Source: Somniosus microcephalus (Eukaryota). Taken from it: a stretch of 64,000 bases of DNA. How positions within the stretch are numbered: the stretch's first letter is position 1; every line of letters begins with the position of its first letter. Below the pieces are notes generated by a model that saw nothing but the letters and a program-made list of their open reading frames with translations, was not told the DNA's origin and did not search any database. The stretch covers positions 49,166,001 through 49,230,000 of the forward strand of contig CM126222.1 of the NCBI GenBank assembly GCA_052327205.1, written 5' to 3'. Below are positions 60,300-64,000 of this stretch, in pieces. The position numbers and the translations under genes are program-made.

Positions 60300-61160
60300 T
60301 TTTGCACTTGTGTCAATACCACAGTCTGCTACAACGTTCTGTCTGAAACTAATATGGCAGATCATTTTAAGGTTTTGCATGATAATGCAGACCTGTTGTG
60401 CAACTGTCTAGAAAATATCTGGATAGATATGAGAATGTAGGCATTTCAAGCAATCCTTTCCATCCGACCTCAGGATATTATTTCCCTTGAGACCGTATAG
60501 AGGATATTAGGGATCTAACTTGTGAGGAAAGGCTAAAGAATTTGGAAGAAGACTTTGAAGTGATCTAATAAACATTTTCAAGATTATTAAGAATGACTAA
60601 ATTGATCCAGAAAATTATTCGCTGTGGAGTAGATAAAAATGAAAAAGTTACGAGTATGGTGCTGGGTGGTGCAGTTGTAGACATTGGCCCTTTAACTCTG
60701 GGACCTGGCTTCAAAACCAGCTAATAAACTAAAACTTTGATCTGTCCAATAGTTGTAAGAGCTTTACCTGTAACGAATGTGTAGTCTAATGCAAAACAAT
60801 CCTTAATTTGGCACTAAATTGAAAATCTCATTTAGAGAGACCACAGGAAAATGGGATGTATCACCCTGAGGCAGTAGAAGGTGCTTCTCTGAGACCTTGG
60901 TTGGGCACAGTAGAGGCAATTTTACTCATGCTATACCTGAGCTGGGCATGCTTGCTAATTTCTGAAATGTTCCATTTCCCAGCACTCACCTCACTCTGAG
61001 TCTGATGAGCACAAACATTCCTAATAAAATTTAGCAGTAAGAAGGCAACTGAGGTGGAATTTTAACACAAAGGGTGTGGAACAAGACTTGCACAATAAGT
61101 TACCAGGGAAGGTCACTGAAGCAAAAGTACAAGTAGATTCACGAGACAACTAGATAATCC
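60300..61160 (+). mobile_element. Very old CR1 3' fragment interrupted by a SINE
   Basis: ttgtgaggaaaggctaaaga...gtgatctaata..ttttcaagattatt (60520-60600), resuming at tttaacacaaagggtgtggaac (61060). Confidence 0.5.
60657..60960 (+). mobile_element. LF-SINE-related SINE
   Basis: tRNA-like head gccctttaactctgggacctggcttcaaaaccagc, then aatttggcactaaattg, ctcatttagagagacca and catgctatacctg, colinear with the LF-SINE consensus as recalled. Confidence 0.5.
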
Positions 61161-62619
61161 TCAGCATTGGTCTGAATTCAGGCGCACTTCTAACGCAATG
61201 GATTTTTTTGAATTCTGCCTCTATGTGTCATTCTCCACTGCCTTCCAATGATATGTTCTCTTTCTGTAAGATGCTGTACCTTAGAAGAGAACAGATCAAC
61301 TTGATTGCAACTGTCAAGCAGCAACAGAACTGGAACCTGTGGTCAATTGGTTGTGAAAGATGTTGATGCATCATGGGGCTGCTTGCAAACAATTGTTTCA
61401 TAATTGTTCAACAAGACTATAAATAGACATGAAAATAAAATAGCCAGGGCTGGTCTTCAGTCTTCAAACTTTAATCATGCTTGTGATGACCCTTTCCGAC
61501 TACAGTTCAATTATCAGTTCCTCCAGAGTCTGAGCTCATTTCCTGCTAAATTTCACACCACTGGCTCCCCAACATAAATTCAAACAGCCTCCAGCCAGCC
61601 CCAGCTCATCCACCATTCCCTCTAGTTTAAAGGGCATGTGGAGGTGAGGGTGGGGGTGAGAGCCAGGGAAGCTCAGGGCAATGCTACACTGAAGATATTA
61701 GTATCATCATTAAATGCCTTTCAAAAAAATTCCTACAAAGAGTCCATGAAAATGCTGGGGATTGTAAGGAAATCTAGCCCTCGAGTACTAATGCTGAATA
61801 TTATAAAGTCAAATTATAGAAACGGATTGAAACCCTGAACATTTTAATTGGTACGATGTTATGGCATCAACAATATTACCATGCTTGTCAAAGATTTACG
61901 GTGAGCAGATTTATTTAAGACCTTTTTGACATGTTAGCAACCTGCTGAAATTTAATTTGAAGCTGACATTCCCTAATTTTTTATTGACATTTTTGACATA
62001 AAATAATTCTACACTGACAGAAAATGGACAATAATATTTTAGCTTGCGATTTTCTCTCCTTTTAAGACTTGTTTTTATTAAAATGTACAGCATTGATTTA
62101 ATCAGTGTAAACAATGAATAAGAAAATGAAACATTAATCAAACCGATCATATCCTCCTAGACCTGAAGGTATGGCATTCATAGATCACCCTTGTGACTTC
62201 CCCACTGTAAAGGTTTTGACTTGACGACTTTCTCCATGAAATTCGAGGGAATCTGATATCCTGCCATTTTGACACAGTGCCATGAAGCCTTAGGGGGAAC
62301 CCAAGTGAGTTTCTGTGTTACCCAGGCATGAATCACAAGTGTTGCTATTTCTAACAAGATTAATTATGGAAGGTGCTTTTCCGAAACGTCTAATCAGTGA
62401 AGGTATTGTATATACTCGGAGAGCAAATTATTTCTGAAAGCAAAGTTTTACTATTTCTCTATTTTTATGTCTTTTATTTTAAAAATCTTTTCTCCCCCAG
62501 CAAATAGGCTCCAAGCTATTTCGTATAACACACACGGAGAAGTCTGTGAAAATTCAAAAAGGCCAGCATGAAAGGTTCTCTGATCAAACTGATATTTGGA
62601 ATTTTAAAAAATGAAAGCA

Positions 62620-62980
62620 TGGACTCTCCAATGACTCTTTATTGTGCAGTGCAGGAAGGCCATAGATTTGATTCCTGGATCTGTGCTGAGTTAGCCGACC
62701 TAAGTTGGGAGAGCAGTGGGAGCATTCCTAGAGAACTCTGTGTACCTAGACTAGGGAAGAGACAAAGTGGTTGACCAGGACCTTGCTCCTAATTGCTACT
62801 GAGTGACTTCTCCTGAAAATGACACATGTAGACATTAGATGAGGACTGGATGAGGCTCAGCTATAATATCTCATGACTGAATAGCCTGGCGATACTGTCT
62901 TGGCTTTTTTGTGATGAATAACCTCTTGGGTTGGCACAGGAAGGTTGACAGCAACCCTGGAACCTTACCCAGCATGAGGA
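62620..62980 (+). mobile_element. Old tRNA-derived SINE (same family as 37511-37840)
   Basis: tttgattcctggatctgtgctgagttagc B-box region, gaggactggat, aatagcctg, ggaaccttacccagcatgag. Confidence 0.5.
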
Positions 62981-64000
62981 CAGAAAACAATTGTCATCAT
63001 GCAGCACATTGTAATTGTTCCCTGGTGGACTTCAGAAAAGCATATGGCATGTAATTGAATACAAGATTTAGAGAAGAAATAACTGTCCAGTAAACAAAAG
63101 AAATGTAATTACTTATCGTAATATCGGGCAGCAGCCCAATATTGATGTCCACTTTGCTGGTGAGCTGCCTGGGGATGTACAGCAGGCGGCTCCAGCTCGC
63201 CGGCCAAATTTAAATGAGGCCCAATTTCCATCGGGCCTCAGGCCTACCTGTTCTTGGAGCAGGCATTGCTCCCCACGTCCAATTTGTGCTGGCAGGCCGA
63301 CATCCCCTCGAGTGCTAAATAACAAGACATTTTTTGCATTGGAAATATTTCACGTTACATCTCTTTCATATAATCCTATTTGCTAATGGCTTTGCTTGTA
63401 ACATTTTAAATGGTAATGGAAACATCTTTCATAGTCAGATTTTTTTCTACCAACTAATTATCCTCATAGACCTGAAGGAATGGTGCCCATAGATCACCCT
63501 TTCAACTTTTCTACAATAAAGGATTTGCTTCGCGAGTCCTCTCCTTGAAATATTAGCCAACCTGATCGCCTTCCAGTTTTGTTGCAGCGCAGTGGAAGCA
63601 GCATGAATTTGATAGGAAAATAATCAGTTTGAAGTGGGCATGCAATATTGTACAATATGCCACCTCACTGACTGACAATGTGCCTGCAATAGTTGGGCTG
63701 GCAGTGTTGAATTGTGACGGTTCGCACTCTGCTTCTGCAGAAAGAAGCACTCACAATATAACTCTTGGAGGGGGGGGTGGGAAACGAGTGAGGGAGATAA
63801 AAACAGGTTGTTTCAGTGATTTGGGTAATACTTCACTGGAATTTCATTGCGCAAGTAATGCAGAGGTTGGTACCGTTGTGCTGTGATTTGTTTTTTTATA
63901 ACTGCTTACCAGACTGAATATAACATACAGTCAGATTAGCAATTATGACAGAAAACCTGCATCAGTCCCATATGGTATCTTGCGCTTACAATACTTTGCA

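Noticed and set aside
52315-64000. TGCATG Rbfox autoregulatory sites and the next rbfox3 coding exon
   Set aside because: TGCATG hits are scattered with no visible clustering; acceptor-like sites near 53322, 54352 and 55626 do not translate to RBFOX sequence.

Overview
Vertebrate, repeat-rich, largely non-coding DNA. The repeat repertoire (CR1 LINE fragments, DeuSINE/SacSINE-like and LF-SINE-like SINEs, a Penelope-like element, GGGC-GATTTT-ended PIF/Harbinger-type MITEs) points to a cartilaginous fish, by recall and not by search. The only host-gene signal is a 102-nt phase-0 coding exon at 52213-52314 (MLCSMANSGCILLSNSAMLPHTIPCTPAFLFLQE|gtaagt). I recognise it from memory as an alternative N-terminal exon of rbfox3 (NeuN), so the window is probably 5'/intronic rbfox3 sequence. 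The dominant element is a young full-length Gypsy LTR retrotransposon (18437-23386, minus). It has 182-bp LTRs with 3 mismatches, a CTGGG target-site duplication (TSD) and one open gag-pol ORF whose first integrase catalytic Asp is Asn. The most unusual structure is a five-copy family of ~750-830 bp Harbinger-type MITEs, all in one orientation. Each carries tandem internal palindromes and a splice acceptor/donor pair in the rbfox3 sense (donor decayed in one copy). Also present: a solo LTR, two Tc1/mariner-type MITEs with an RFX X-box-like palindrome, a Penelope hammerhead remnant, long palindromic fossils, possible Harbinger transposase fossils and a perfect 36-bp minisatellite. Family names come from recall; boundaries of old repeats are approximate.
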